Both the position numbers and the translations under genes were made by a program. Under the pieces are notes generated by a model. It ran no database searches, had not been told where the DNA came from, and was given only the letters and a program-made list of their open reading frames with translations. From contig DAHWHJ010000023.1 in the NCBI GenBank assembly GCA_027335745.1, forward strand, positions 1 through 40,526: a stretch of DNA of 40,526 bases. The letters are read 5' to 3'. This stretch comes from a bacterium (GTDB lineage: Bacteria > SZUA-79 > Acidulodesulfobacterales > Acidulodesulfobacteraceae). Positions 1 to 7,275 of the stretch are shown piece after piece (position 1 is the first letter of the stretch; every line of letters begins with the position of its first letter).

Positions 1-36
1 AATGACATTACGGGAATTTAACTTTTCATCCAACGA

Positions 37-65
37 GTGTCATTCCCGCGAAGGCGGGAATCCAG
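37..65. repeat. REP-like palindromic element (GTGTCATTCCCGCGAAGGCGGGAATCCAG)
   Basis: A perfect 8-bp stem, ATTCCCGC (42-49) paired with GCGGGAAT (54-61), closes a GAAG tetraloop. A partial second copy (GACATTACGGGAAT) lies at 3-17. It is GC-rich in an AT-rich context and sits just downstream of the minus-strand ferritin-like gene. Read on the minus strand it translates as WIPAFAGMT, the kind of peptide that dispersed palindromic repeats often produce. Confidence 0.5.
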
Positions 66-122
66 AAATTGCATAACTTTAGAATATGTTTCATAATTTC
101 TATTGCAAAATTAAGGTTTACC

Positions 123-377
123 TTAATCGTGGTGCAGAAATTTATCGTCCTGAACTTTATCGTGTTTTCTTATATATTCCATAAGCATAGCCGCGTGTTC
201 CTTTTCCTCGTCCCTATTATGCGAAAGAATATGTTTTAATTCTTCGTCGTTAGTGTATTCTATCCTTTCCTGATACCAGTTTATCGCTTGAAATTCTTCG
301 ATTAGCGACTGCCTTGCCATTTCAAGATTTCTTGTTTCTTCGCTTAATTCTTCATCGACGCGATGTTCTTCGCACAT
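123..377 (-). CDS. Encapsulated-ferritin (EncFtn) family ferritin-like protein, 84 aa
   Basis: The motif block EEFQAINWYQERIEYTNDEELKHILSHNRDEEKEHAAMLMEYIRKHD matches the EncFtn signature (AxxWYxxR...LxxILxHNRDEEKEHAAM). An AAGGAG RBS lies 7 nt upstream of the ATG. Confidence 0.85.
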   Translation of the reverse strand: MCEEHRVDEELSEETRNLEMARQSLIEEFQAINWYQERIEYTNDEELKHILSHNRDEEKEHAAMLMEYIRKHDKVQDDKFLHHD

Positions 378-492
378 GATTTTTTCTCCTTAAATTTAAA
401 AATGAATGTTTTTATTTTATAATGATATTATATTACAAGCACAGGCTGCCGGTCAATCAAATAGAAAATTAGAAAACCGTTCGGAAGCCGTC

Positions 493-521
493 TTGAAAAA
501 AAAAGCTTAATCGGATAATAT
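493..521 (+). promoter_or_regulatory. Sigma70-like promoter: TTGAAA, 17 nt spacer, TAATAT; positioned for a near-leaderless usp transcript
   Basis: The -35 TTGAAA is at 493-498 and the -10 TAATAT is at 516-521. The usp ATG at 528 lies 6 nt after the -10, and no SD is visible upstream of it. Confidence 0.3.
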
Positions 522-527
522 TATACT

Positions 528-1025
528 ATGGAAATAGAAAAAAAAGTCCTTATAGCGGTTGACCTGAATTTTGAAACCGGTTTCATATTATCCAAAGCGG
601 CTTCTTTTTTTAGGGAAACTTCTGCAAAATTTTATATTTTCCATATTATTTATTCAGATATATTTACATTTTTAGGCAAACCGGGGACGGTAAAAGCTAA
701 ATCCGAAGAAGCCTATAAATCTGTAGAAAATGAATTGAAAAATGCAGGCTTATATTATTTGAATTATGAAATTTTTATTTCAACGGGCGTTCCAGCCGCG
801 GAAATTATTAATTTTTCAAAGAAAAAAGGCGTCGATATAATCGCTTTGGGAACGCACCAGAGAATAGGTTTCAAAGAATTCGTTTCGGGGTCTGTTTCTT
901 TTTCGGTTTCAAAAAATTCTATCTGCCCCGTCCTTTTAATTCCCCTCAAAGATATTCTTAAGTCTGAAGCAAAGCAATTAGTCGAAGAACCCGCCGCATC
1001 TTTAATAAACATAAATCCGTCCTGA
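528..1025 (+). CDS. Universal stress protein (UspA family)
   Basis: The start KVLIAVDL and the C-terminal block GVDIIALGTHQRIGFKEFVSGSVSFSVSKNSICPVLLIP are typical of the Usp fold. Confidence 0.8.
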   Translation: MEIEKKVLIAVDLNFETGFILSKAASFFRETSAKFYIFHIIYSDIFTFLGKPGTVKAKSEEAYKSVENELKNAGLYYLNYEIFISTGVPAAEIINFSKKKGVDIIALGTHQRIGFKEFVSGSVSFSVSKNSICPVLLIPLKDILKSEAKQLVEEPAASLININPS

Positions 1026-1059
1026 TTAAATATTAAATATTAATAAAATTTTATAATGT

Positions 1060-2811
1060 ATGATAATAATTTACGACTTTAAAATTCCGGTAGGCGGAAG
1101 AGAAAAGGAAAAATTCAAAAAAGACGAAGAGCTTTTCTCGGAACATTTAAAGAGCAAATTAGAATCCGTTTCAGGATTTTTAAGATCAGGTCGTAATTTC
1201 AATTTTGACGTAAAAATCTTGAAGAAATCTGTGGATTTAAGACAAAAAGAGCAAAAAACGGTTTTTAAAGTTTTAATAAAATTGATTTCCTCAGGCGCTG
1301 TAGGTTTGAACGATACGGACGAAGCGGTCGATACGGACGATGCATTTCTGGATTTATTAAATAAAGCCGGGGTAAAAGCAAGGAAGGCGAATAATGAGGA
1401 AGAAAATTCGTTCTACGGGGAATCGGCATATATTTCAACGCCGACGGAAGCCGAAAAGAAAAACGCCGCAGGGCGAAATGACGCCAAAGTCCTTATAGTC
1501 GGAATGGGTCCCGCCGGAATTTTTGCCGCCGCATATTTATTGGATAAAGGCATAAAGCCTATTATAATAGAAAAAGGAAAGCGCGTCGAAGACAGGATAA
1601 AAGACGTGGGAAACCTGCTGAACAACGCTAAATTCGATAAAAAAAGCAATGTGGTATTTGGAGAAGGAGGCGCAGGAACGTTTTCGGACGGAAAACTTAC
1701 GACGAGAAAAAATGACCCCGTCGTTTCTTATGTTTTAAATTTTTTAGTAAAAATGGGGGCGGATGCCGGTATTTTAATAGAGCATAAACCTCACATAGGA
1801 AGCGACAATTTAATTTGCATACTGCAGAAAATAAGGAATTATCTTAGCAATAACGGAGCCGAAATTTATTTCGAGGAAGAATTGAAGGATTTAGAGATTA
1901 ACGAAAACGGGGCGGTATGTTCCGTTAAGACGGATAAAAGAACTTTTAGAACGGATTTCGTTATTTTAGCTTCCGGGTCTAACAGTTACGATACCTATGA
2001 ATTATTAGAGGCAAAAGGGGTTGTTATGGAAAGAAAGCCTTTTGCGGTAGGTTTTAGGATAGAACATAAAAGGGATTTTACGGACGGTTTATTTTTCAAG
2101 GGCAATGTGGGAAAAGCAAGCACAAAACTAAAAGGGGTATATTACAATATATCGTCGAAAAAATACGGCGGATATTCTTTTTGTATGTGTCCCGGAGGCG
2201 TCGTTATAAATTCCAGCTCGGACGAAAATCTCCTCTGTATTAACGGTATGAGTTATTCGGGCAGAGATATGGAAAATTCCAACAGCGCAATCGTTGCGGC
2301 TGTAAGACCGGAAATGCTGGACGGGATAGACCCGGACAGATATTCCCCGGGAACGGGGGCACTGCAATTCAGAAGAGATTTAGAGCTTAAAGCATACGAG
2401 GCGGGGGGCGGAAATTTTGCCGCTCCTTATCAATGGACGCCGGATTATATAAAAGATGTTTATCCAAACATTAAAAATTCATCGTCTTCGGATATGCCTG
2501 CGCCTTCGTATAAGCCGTCGGTCAAATATTTTAATCTTTTTAAATTATTGCCTGATTTTTTAAATTTATCGATTGCAGGGTCGCTGACCGAGTTTGAAAG
2601 CAAATTTAAAGGATTTGCCGCAAAATCGATTTTAACCGGGTTGGAAACGGGAACTTCGTCTGCCGTAAGAATTAAAAGAAATTCCAATTTTGAATCTATA
2701 TCGGTTAAAGGTTTATATCCATGCGGGGAGGGTTCGGGATATTCCGGCGGGATAATTACCAGCGCAATAGACGGAATTAGGTGCGCTGATGCCTTAAGGA
2801 TAATTTTTTAA
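1060..2811 (+). CDS. FAD-dependent protein (COG2509-type NAD(FAD)-utilizing dehydrogenase)
   Basis: A Rossmann dinucleotide motif is present (VLIVGMGPAGIFAAAYLLDKGIKPIIIEKG), followed by FGEGGAGTFSDGKL and a C-terminal CGEGSGYSGGIITSAIDG block. Confidence 0.8.
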   Translation: MIIIYDFKIPVGGREKEKFKKDEELFSEHLKSKLESVSGFLRSGRNFNFDVKILKKSVDLRQKEQKTVFKVLIKLISSGAVGLNDTDEAVDTDDAFLDLLNKAGVKARKANNEEENSFYGESAYISTPTEAEKKNAAGRNDAKVLIVGMGPAGIFAAAYLLDKGIKPIIIEKGKRVEDRIKDVGNLLNNAKFDKKSNVVFGEGGAGTFSDGKLTTRKNDPVVSYVLNFLVKMGADAGILIEHKPHIGSDNLICILQKIRNYLSNNGAEIYFEEELKDLEINENGAVCSVKTDKRTFRTDFVILASGSNSYDTYELLEAKGVVMERKPFAVGFRIEHKRDFTDGLFFKGNVGKASTKLKGVYYNISSKKYGGYSFCMCPGGVVINSSSDENLLCINGMSYSGRDMENSNSAIVAAVRPEMLDGIDPDRYSPGTGALQFRRDLELKAYEAGGGNFAAPYQWTPDYIKDVYPNIKNSSSSDMPAPSYKPSVKYFNLFKLLPDFLNLSIAGSLTEFESKFKGFAAKSILTGLETGTSSAVRIKRNSNFESISVKGLYPCGEGSGYSGGIITSAIDGIRCADALRIIF

Positions 2812-2901
2812 TATAATTTTTGTTGCAATATTAATTGCAAAAATATAAAATTAACAATAAATAAAAATGCGTATAAAACTATTTTAAAAACGGGTGCCTA
2901 T

Positions 2902-3609
2902 ATGAAATTTTTATCCGGTAACGAATACCAAAAATTAATTAAAGAAATAAGCGAACTTAAAGCAAGGAACAGCGAAATCGAAGTTTCTTCGAGAAAAAAA
3001 GATTCCGAAATTTCGTCGATGAAAGAAGACTATAAAAATGAAATTGCAACTTTAAAATCAAAAATAAATTCTCTCGAAGACGATTTACGCAATAAAGAAA
3101 ATCTTTTGAATTCATGCGCCGGCGATTCGGAGGAACTGCCTAAAGTCAACGAAAAACTTAATCAATTTACGGCAAAATGCAGAGAGTCGAAGGATGGTAT
3201 TAAAAACTTCATCGATTCTTTGAGCCATATGTATTCGAGTTCTTTTTCGACTCTGGAAAAAACATATAAAGATTCGGTCGAACTTTATAAACTGACTCTT
3301 TTTACCGACGAAATTTTAAGCGCTATCGTTTCCATTACCGACCAGATTAATCTGCTTGCGTTAAATGCGGCAATAGAAGCCGCAAGGGCGGGAGAGGCGG
3401 GAAGAGGATTCGCCGTGGTAGCCGACGAGGTAAGGAAATTGTCGGAAAAATCCTCAAGCTCAACTAAGGAAATATCCAACGTTCTTTTTGGAATAAGGAA
3501 AGTCAGCGCCAAACTTAACGATACTCTCAGAATAGACAGCAAAATAAATGAAGGGCTTATAAAAACTATAAAAAATATAGACAATAAAGTTAACGACATA
3601 TGTGTATAA
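2902..3609 (+). CDS. Short soluble methyl-accepting chemotaxis protein (signalling domain only, no TM segment)
   Basis: It carries the highly conserved MCP hairpin-tip motif [37 protein letters not shown]. The N-terminal half is heptad-rich and coiled-coil-like, with no hydrophobic helices. Confidence 0.85.
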   Translation: MKFLSGNEYQKLIKEISELKARNSEIEVSSRKKDSEISSMKEDYKNEIATLKSKINSLEDDLRNKENLLNSCAGDSEELPKVNEKLNQFTAKCRESKDGIKNFIDSLSHMYSSSFSTLEKTYKDSVELYKLTLFTDEILSAIVSITDQINLLALNAAIEAARAGEAGRGFAVVADEVRKLSEKSSSSTKEISNVLFGIRKVSAKLNDTLRIDSKINEGLIKTIKNIDNKVNDICV

Positions 3610-3628
3610 CGAGAGGGGTATTTTAATT

Positions 3629-4384
3629 ATGATATCAGAAGTTTTATACGAATCGCCGAACCATAAGTTCGTTTATATCGGAAAGGATCCCGATAGACCC
3701 GATTATATAATAGATACGAACCAATATTTGCTTATTCACGACAAAGTGGCAACAATAATGGATCCGGGCGGCATAGAAATGTTTTCTTCGGTTTCTTCGG
3801 CTTTTGCCGGCGAAGTCAGGATGTCGGACGTAAAATTTATATTTTCTTCCCATCAGGACCCCGATGTTATTTCATCTCTGGCATTATGGCTTTCTATTAC
3901 CGATTCAAAAATAATTATAGACAGGATATGGTCAACGTTTATTTCCCATTACGGCGCAAGACCGGATAATATGATTATGGTAGAGGATACCGGAATGAAG
4001 TTAAACATGACGAAAGATTATGCCTTCGATATCATTCCCGCTCATTATCTTCATTCTCCGGGACATCTAAATCTTTACGACCCTATATCGAAGATACTTT
4101 TCACTGGAGATATCGGAGCGGCATTGGTTCCGAGAGAAGAATCGAAGGGTAAGAGGAAGCCTAACGTTTTCGTTCAGGATTTTGACGCTCATATAAAATA
4201 TATGGAATATTTTCACAAGAGATGGATGCCGTCGAACGAACCCAAGAAGATCTGGATCGACAGAGTGTCAAAATTAGACGTAGAGATTTTAGCGCCGCAA
4301 CACGGCTTGATTTTTAAAGGAAAGGAAATGGTCGACAAGTTCTTAAACTGGTTCGACGGTTTGAGCGTAGGCTTGTATTCTTAA
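3629..4384 (+). CDS. Metallo-beta-lactamase-fold, flavodiiron-like di-iron protein (ODP-like candidate)
   Basis: The MBL motif series is in the flavodiiron-like variant: SSHQDPDV, HSPGH, FTGDIG, APQHG. There is no flavodoxin domain. I prefer the ATG at 3629 because a GAGAGGGG SD sits at 3611-3618. The ORF-track start (GTG at 3602) would overlap the MCP stop by 8 nt. Confidence 0.7.
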   Translation: MISEVLYESPNHKFVYIGKDPDRPDYIIDTNQYLLIHDKVATIMDPGGIEMFSSVSSAFAGEVRMSDVKFIFSSHQDPDVISSLALWLSITDSKIIIDRIWSTFISHYGARPDNMIMVEDTGMKLNMTKDYAFDIIPAHYLHSPGHLNLYDPISKILFTGDIGAALVPREESKGKRKPNVFVQDFDAHIKYMEYFHKRWMPSNEPKKIWIDRVSKLDVEILAPQHGLIFKGKEMVDKFLNWFDGLSVGLYS

Positions 4385-4413
4385 TAATCGCAGGCAATTT
4401 ATTATTATAAATT

Positions 4414-4445
4414 GGGAGCCGGATTTAAAGTCCGTCTCCCTTTTT
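4414..4445 (+). terminator. Rho-independent terminator after the MBL gene
   Basis: GGGAGCCGGA (4414-4423) pairs with TCCGTCTCCC (4431-4440) at 9 of 10 positions. The loop is 7 nt and a TTTTT run follows at 4441-4445. Confidence 0.7.
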
Positions 4446-4515
4446 ACGTTTTTATAATACGGTATAATGAAATATAATATATAATATATTATATAGATTA
4501 ATATGATATAAATTT

Positions 4516-5136
4516 ATGGTTTATTCCGCTTTATTAAATAATTATACGGACGATTTCGAGGGTATAGCGCCTGCTATAGAGGCGGTAATCTTTGCTTCTG
4601 AAGAACCGGTTTCCATAGAAAGGCTGCTTGAGCTGTTTAATGTTAAAAAAGAGGCTAAAGCTAAAAAAGAAATTATTTTAAAAGCGCTTGAGTTTATAAA
4701 AAAGGAGTTTAACGAAAAAGAAAATCACGGCATATATTTATCTATTAACGACAATGGTATAAGCTTTAAAACCAAACCCGAATACTTTGACGTCGTATCC
4801 GGAAGCCTAAAAGTCAAACCTTTAAAATTTACCGGACCCCAGCTTGAAACCTTATCCATTATAGCGTATAAACAACCTGTTACAAAAAACGAAATAGATG
4901 CAATAAGAGGGTTTGATTCGGGAAGCACGGTAAAATTTTTGCTGGAAAAAAATCTCGTCAAAGTTGCGGGACGAAAAGAAATAGTAGGAAGACCTTTGAT
5001 TTATAAAACCACCGATTATTTTATTGAGGTTTTTAATCTAAAAAATTTGAACGATTTACCCTCGATTAAAGAAATGGAAGACGTCGTAAAAAATGTAAAT
5101 TTGGACGAACAAAGCGAAACTGCATTGTTTGAGTAA
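4516..5136 (+). CDS. scpB: Segregation and condensation protein B
   Basis: AIEAVIFASEEPVSIERL, LETLSIIAYKQPVTKNEIDAIRG and GRKEIVGRPLIYKTTDYFIEVFNL are classic ScpB winged-helix blocks. Confidence 0.9.
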   Translation: MVYSALLNNYTDDFEGIAPAIEAVIFASEEPVSIERLLELFNVKKEAKAKKEIILKALEFIKKEFNEKENHGIYLSINDNGISFKTKPEYFDVVSGSLKVKPLKFTGPQLETLSIIAYKQPVTKNEIDAIRGFDSGSTVKFLLEKNLVKVAGRKEIVGRPLIYKTTDYFIEVFNLKNLNDLPSIKEMEDVVKNVNLDEQSETALFE

Positions 5137-5147
5137 ATTAATTTTTA

Positions 5148-5156
5148 TGATATAAT
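5148..5156 (+). promoter_or_regulatory. Extended -10 element TGATATAAT upstream of htpX
   Basis: This is an exact TGnTATAAT, 37 nt upstream of the htpX ATG. A GGAGG SD lies at 5177-5181. Confidence 0.4.
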
Positions 5157-5192
5157 ATAGATATAATATAATTGCGGAGGATATATTTATAA

Positions 5193-6056
5193 ATGAATTA
5201 TTTTAAAACTTTCCTGCTTATGCTGGTTCTTACAGGACTGTTGATTGTAGCAGGGGGAGCTATAGGCGGCGAGCGGGGAATGGTGATAGCCCTGATTTTT
5301 GCCGCAGTAATGAACCTCGGAACATACTGGTTTAGCGATAAGGTAGTCTTGTCTATGTATCACGCTACTCCCGTTACTGAGGCAGAATATCCCGAACTTT
5401 ATTCTATAGTGAGAAATCTCGCCGTAAGAGGAAACATTCCGATGCCGAAAGTTTATATCGTCGAAGAAGATACTCCAAATGCCTTTGCTACCGGCAGAAA
5501 TCCCCAACATGCCGCCGTATGCGTTACGACGGGAATTATGAAAATTTTAAACGCCAACGAGTTATCCGGGGTAATAGGGCATGAGTTGACCCACGTAAAA
5601 AACAGGGATATTCTCATAAGTTCTATAGCGGCTACAGTTGCAGGCGCTATCAGTATGCTTGCATGGATGGCGGAATGGGGAGCTATGTTCGGCGGCTTCG
5701 GCGGAAGAAGCGACGACAGAGAAGGAAACATAATAGGCATTATCGCTATGGCTATAATTGCGCCCTTAATCGCAACCTTGATACAGCTTGCAATATCCAG
5801 ACAGAGAGAATATGCGGCGGATAAGGGCGGGGCAATGCTTAGCGGTAACCCGCTTTATTTAGCAAGCGCATTAAATAAATTAGAAGAAGGAAACGAAGAA
5901 GAGCCTATGCAGGCAAATCAAATGACGCATGCCACCGCCCATATGTTCATAGTTAATCCGCTAAGGAGCGGCGCTTTTAAAAGTTTATTCAGCACGCATC
6001 CGGCTACCGAAGATAGAATCGCAAAGCTTAAAGAAATGTCTATGGGCGGCATATAA
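5193..6056 (+). CDS. htpX: Zinc metalloprotease HtpX (M48 family)
   Basis: It has N-terminal TM helices, NAFATG, the HExxH site in [11 protein letters not shown], and the C-terminal [14 protein letters not shown] block. Confidence 0.95.
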   Translation: MNYFKTFLLMLVLTGLLIVAGGAIGGERGMVIALIFAAVMNLGTYWFSDKVVLSMYHATPVTEAEYPELYSIVRNLAVRGNIPMPKVYIVEEDTPNAFATGRNPQHAAVCVTTGIMKILNANELSGVIGHELTHVKNRDILISSIAATVAGAISMLAWMAEWGAMFGGFGGRSDDREGNIIGIIAMAIIAPLIATLIQLAISRQREYAADKGGAMLSGNPLYLASALNKLEEGNEEEPMQANQMTHATAHMFIVNPLRSGAFKSLFSTHPATEDRIAKLKEMSMGGI

Positions 6057-6131
6057 CCAAAAATCGTTATTGCAGGATTAAAATAATAATTCAAAATAAT
6101 ATTAAATCTAAAAAAGAAAAGAGGAAAAGTT

Positions 6132-6782
6132 TTGAAAAAAATTGCGCCATCCATTCTTTCAGGAAATTTATTAAATCTTGATAATGAAATTAAATTATTA
6201 GAGGAAGCCGAAGCCGATTTAATACATATTGATATTATGGACGGCATATTCGTTCCAAATATTACGGCGGGATGGGATCTTGTCGAAGCTATAAAATCGC
6301 GGACGGGTATTCCTTTAGACGTCCATTTAATGATAGACAGACCGGAAAGATATATAGAGCAGTTTGTTAAAAGCGGCGCCGACATATTGACGGTTCACTT
6401 TGAAGGCTCGGTGCATTTACACAGAATGGTCGAAAGAATAAGGGAGCTTGAAGCAAGTCCAGGGATAGCGATAAATCCGGGAACGCCGGTAAATTTTTTA
6501 ACCGAGATACTTAATTACGTTGATTTAGTTTTAATTATGTCCGTTGATCCCGGTTTCAGCGGACAGGAATTTATTTATTCTTCTTTATTTAAAATAGAAA
6601 AATTACGCAAAATTATCAGTCAACGCGAATTAGAAACGCTTATCGAAGTTGACGGCGGCATAAAAGTTATAAATATAGCCGATGTTTCTAATTCAGGTGC
6701 GGATATTTTTGTAAGCGGGTCGGGAATATTCAAAACCGATAATTATATGGAAACAATGAATGAAATGCGTGAAAGAATTTAG
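6132..6782 (+). CDS. rpe: Ribulose-phosphate 3-epimerase
   Basis: KIAPSILSGNLLNL, HIDIMDGIFVPNIT, DVHLM, MSVDPGFSGQEF and EVDGGI are all present. The start is TTG, with an AAGAGGAAAAG SD. Confidence 0.93.
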   Translation: MKKIAPSILSGNLLNLDNEIKLLEEAEADLIHIDIMDGIFVPNITAGWDLVEAIKSRTGIPLDVHLMIDRPERYIEQFVKSGADILTVHFEGSVHLHRMVERIRELEASPGIAINPGTPVNFLTEILNYVDLVLIMSVDPGFSGQEFIYSSLFKIEKLRKIISQRELETLIEVDGGIKVINIADVSNSGADIFVSGSGIFKTDNYMETMNEMRERI

Positions 6783-6889
6783 AAAAAAAATTAATAGGAA
6801 ATAATTTGTTGTAAAAATTAGCCCGATTGTAATATAATAATTATCTTAATTAATTAAATTTTATCAAATCTTTTAGAAATTCTTCACTT

Positions 6890-6966
6890 CGGGACGTAGC
6901 GCAGCTCGGTAGCGCACTTGCTTCGGGAGCAAGGGGTCGCTGGTTCAAATCCAGTCGTCCCGACCA
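6890..6966 (+). tRNA. tRNA-Pro (anticodon CGG), CCA encoded
   Basis: The cloverleaf was folded by hand. The acceptor stem is CGGGACG/CGTCCCG, the D stem GCGC/GCGC, and the anticodon stem CTTGC/GCAAG with loop TTCGGGA. The T loop is TTCAAAT, followed by discriminator A and CCA. Total length is 77 nt. Confidence 0.95.
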
Positions 6967-6988
6967 TATTTTAGCGGTTTTCCAGTCT

Positions 6989-7183
6989 TTATAAAAAATT
7001 AATTTTTAAAACTGTGGGTGATTTTGTGGGTATGTTTTGATAAACACAGTCAAAAGATATGCGATATTGCTCCGTTAGCCCCGTCAGCCATAAATGCTTT
7101 GCTTTCTTAAGCTCCTGCCTTCGTATGTCTGCGTTTATAAAAGTATACCTTTGATGTAGATTAAAATGCCGGTTTTTAAATTT
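6989..7183 (-). pseudogene. Possible tyrosine-recombinase (integrase) C-terminal remnant
   Basis: The open 64-codon frame reads KFKNRHFNLHQRYTFINADIRRQELKKAKHLWLTGLTEQYRISFD... It keeps the H-x3-H ... H-x9-Y spacing of the HxLRH / LGH / catalytic-Tyr region, but the catalytic Arg is lost. There is no N-terminal part and no start codon. It lies 23 nt from the tRNA 3' end. Confidence 0.35.
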
Positions 7184-7207
7184 CTATTGCATGGTTAAGG
7201 ATTTATA

Positions 7208-7257
7208 TTGAATTTATATCTATTTCGATGTATAATAAAAGTAAGAAATACTTACTT
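7208..7257 (+). promoter_or_regulatory. Promoter (TTGAAT, 17 nt spacer, TATAAT) plus an inverted-repeat operator candidate for the AbrB-PIN operon
   Basis: The -35 is at 7208-7213 and the -10 at 7231-7236. The inverted repeat AAGTAAG (7239-7245) / CTTACTT (7251-7257) sits between the -10 and the AAAGGGGG SD. Confidence 0.45.
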
Positions 7258-7275
7258 AAAGGGGGTTTAAGAATA

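Noticed and set aside
1-122. An encapsulin shell gene or other CDS start downstream of the EncFtn gene. This includes the minus-strand mini-ORF MKHILKLCNFWIPAFAGMTLVG.
   Set aside because: The mini-ORF is 22 codons long and is essentially the translation of the REP-like palindrome. No longer frame opens before the window edge, so nothing can be called.
764-1012. An 82-aa minus-strand ORF inside the usp gene. Similar antisense ORFs are listed at 1413..1649, 2128..2367, 2460..2687, 3285..3599, 3644..3853 and 4725..4961.
   Set aside because: Each lies fully inside, and antisense to, a gene with strong family motifs. None has an SD or a recognisable motif. They are typical shadow ORFs.
5918-6385. 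A 155-aa minus-strand ORF spanning the htpX 3' end and the rpe 5' end.
   Set aside because: It overlaps two well-supported plus-strand genes. Its composition is that of an antisense frame, and it has no motif or RBS.
7228-7275. The upstream ATG (7228) as the start of the AbrB antitoxin.
   Set aside because: That ATG overlaps the predicted -10 TATAAT (7231-7236) and the operator-like inverted repeat. The ATG at 7276 has an AAAGGGGG SD and gives a typical antitoxin length.
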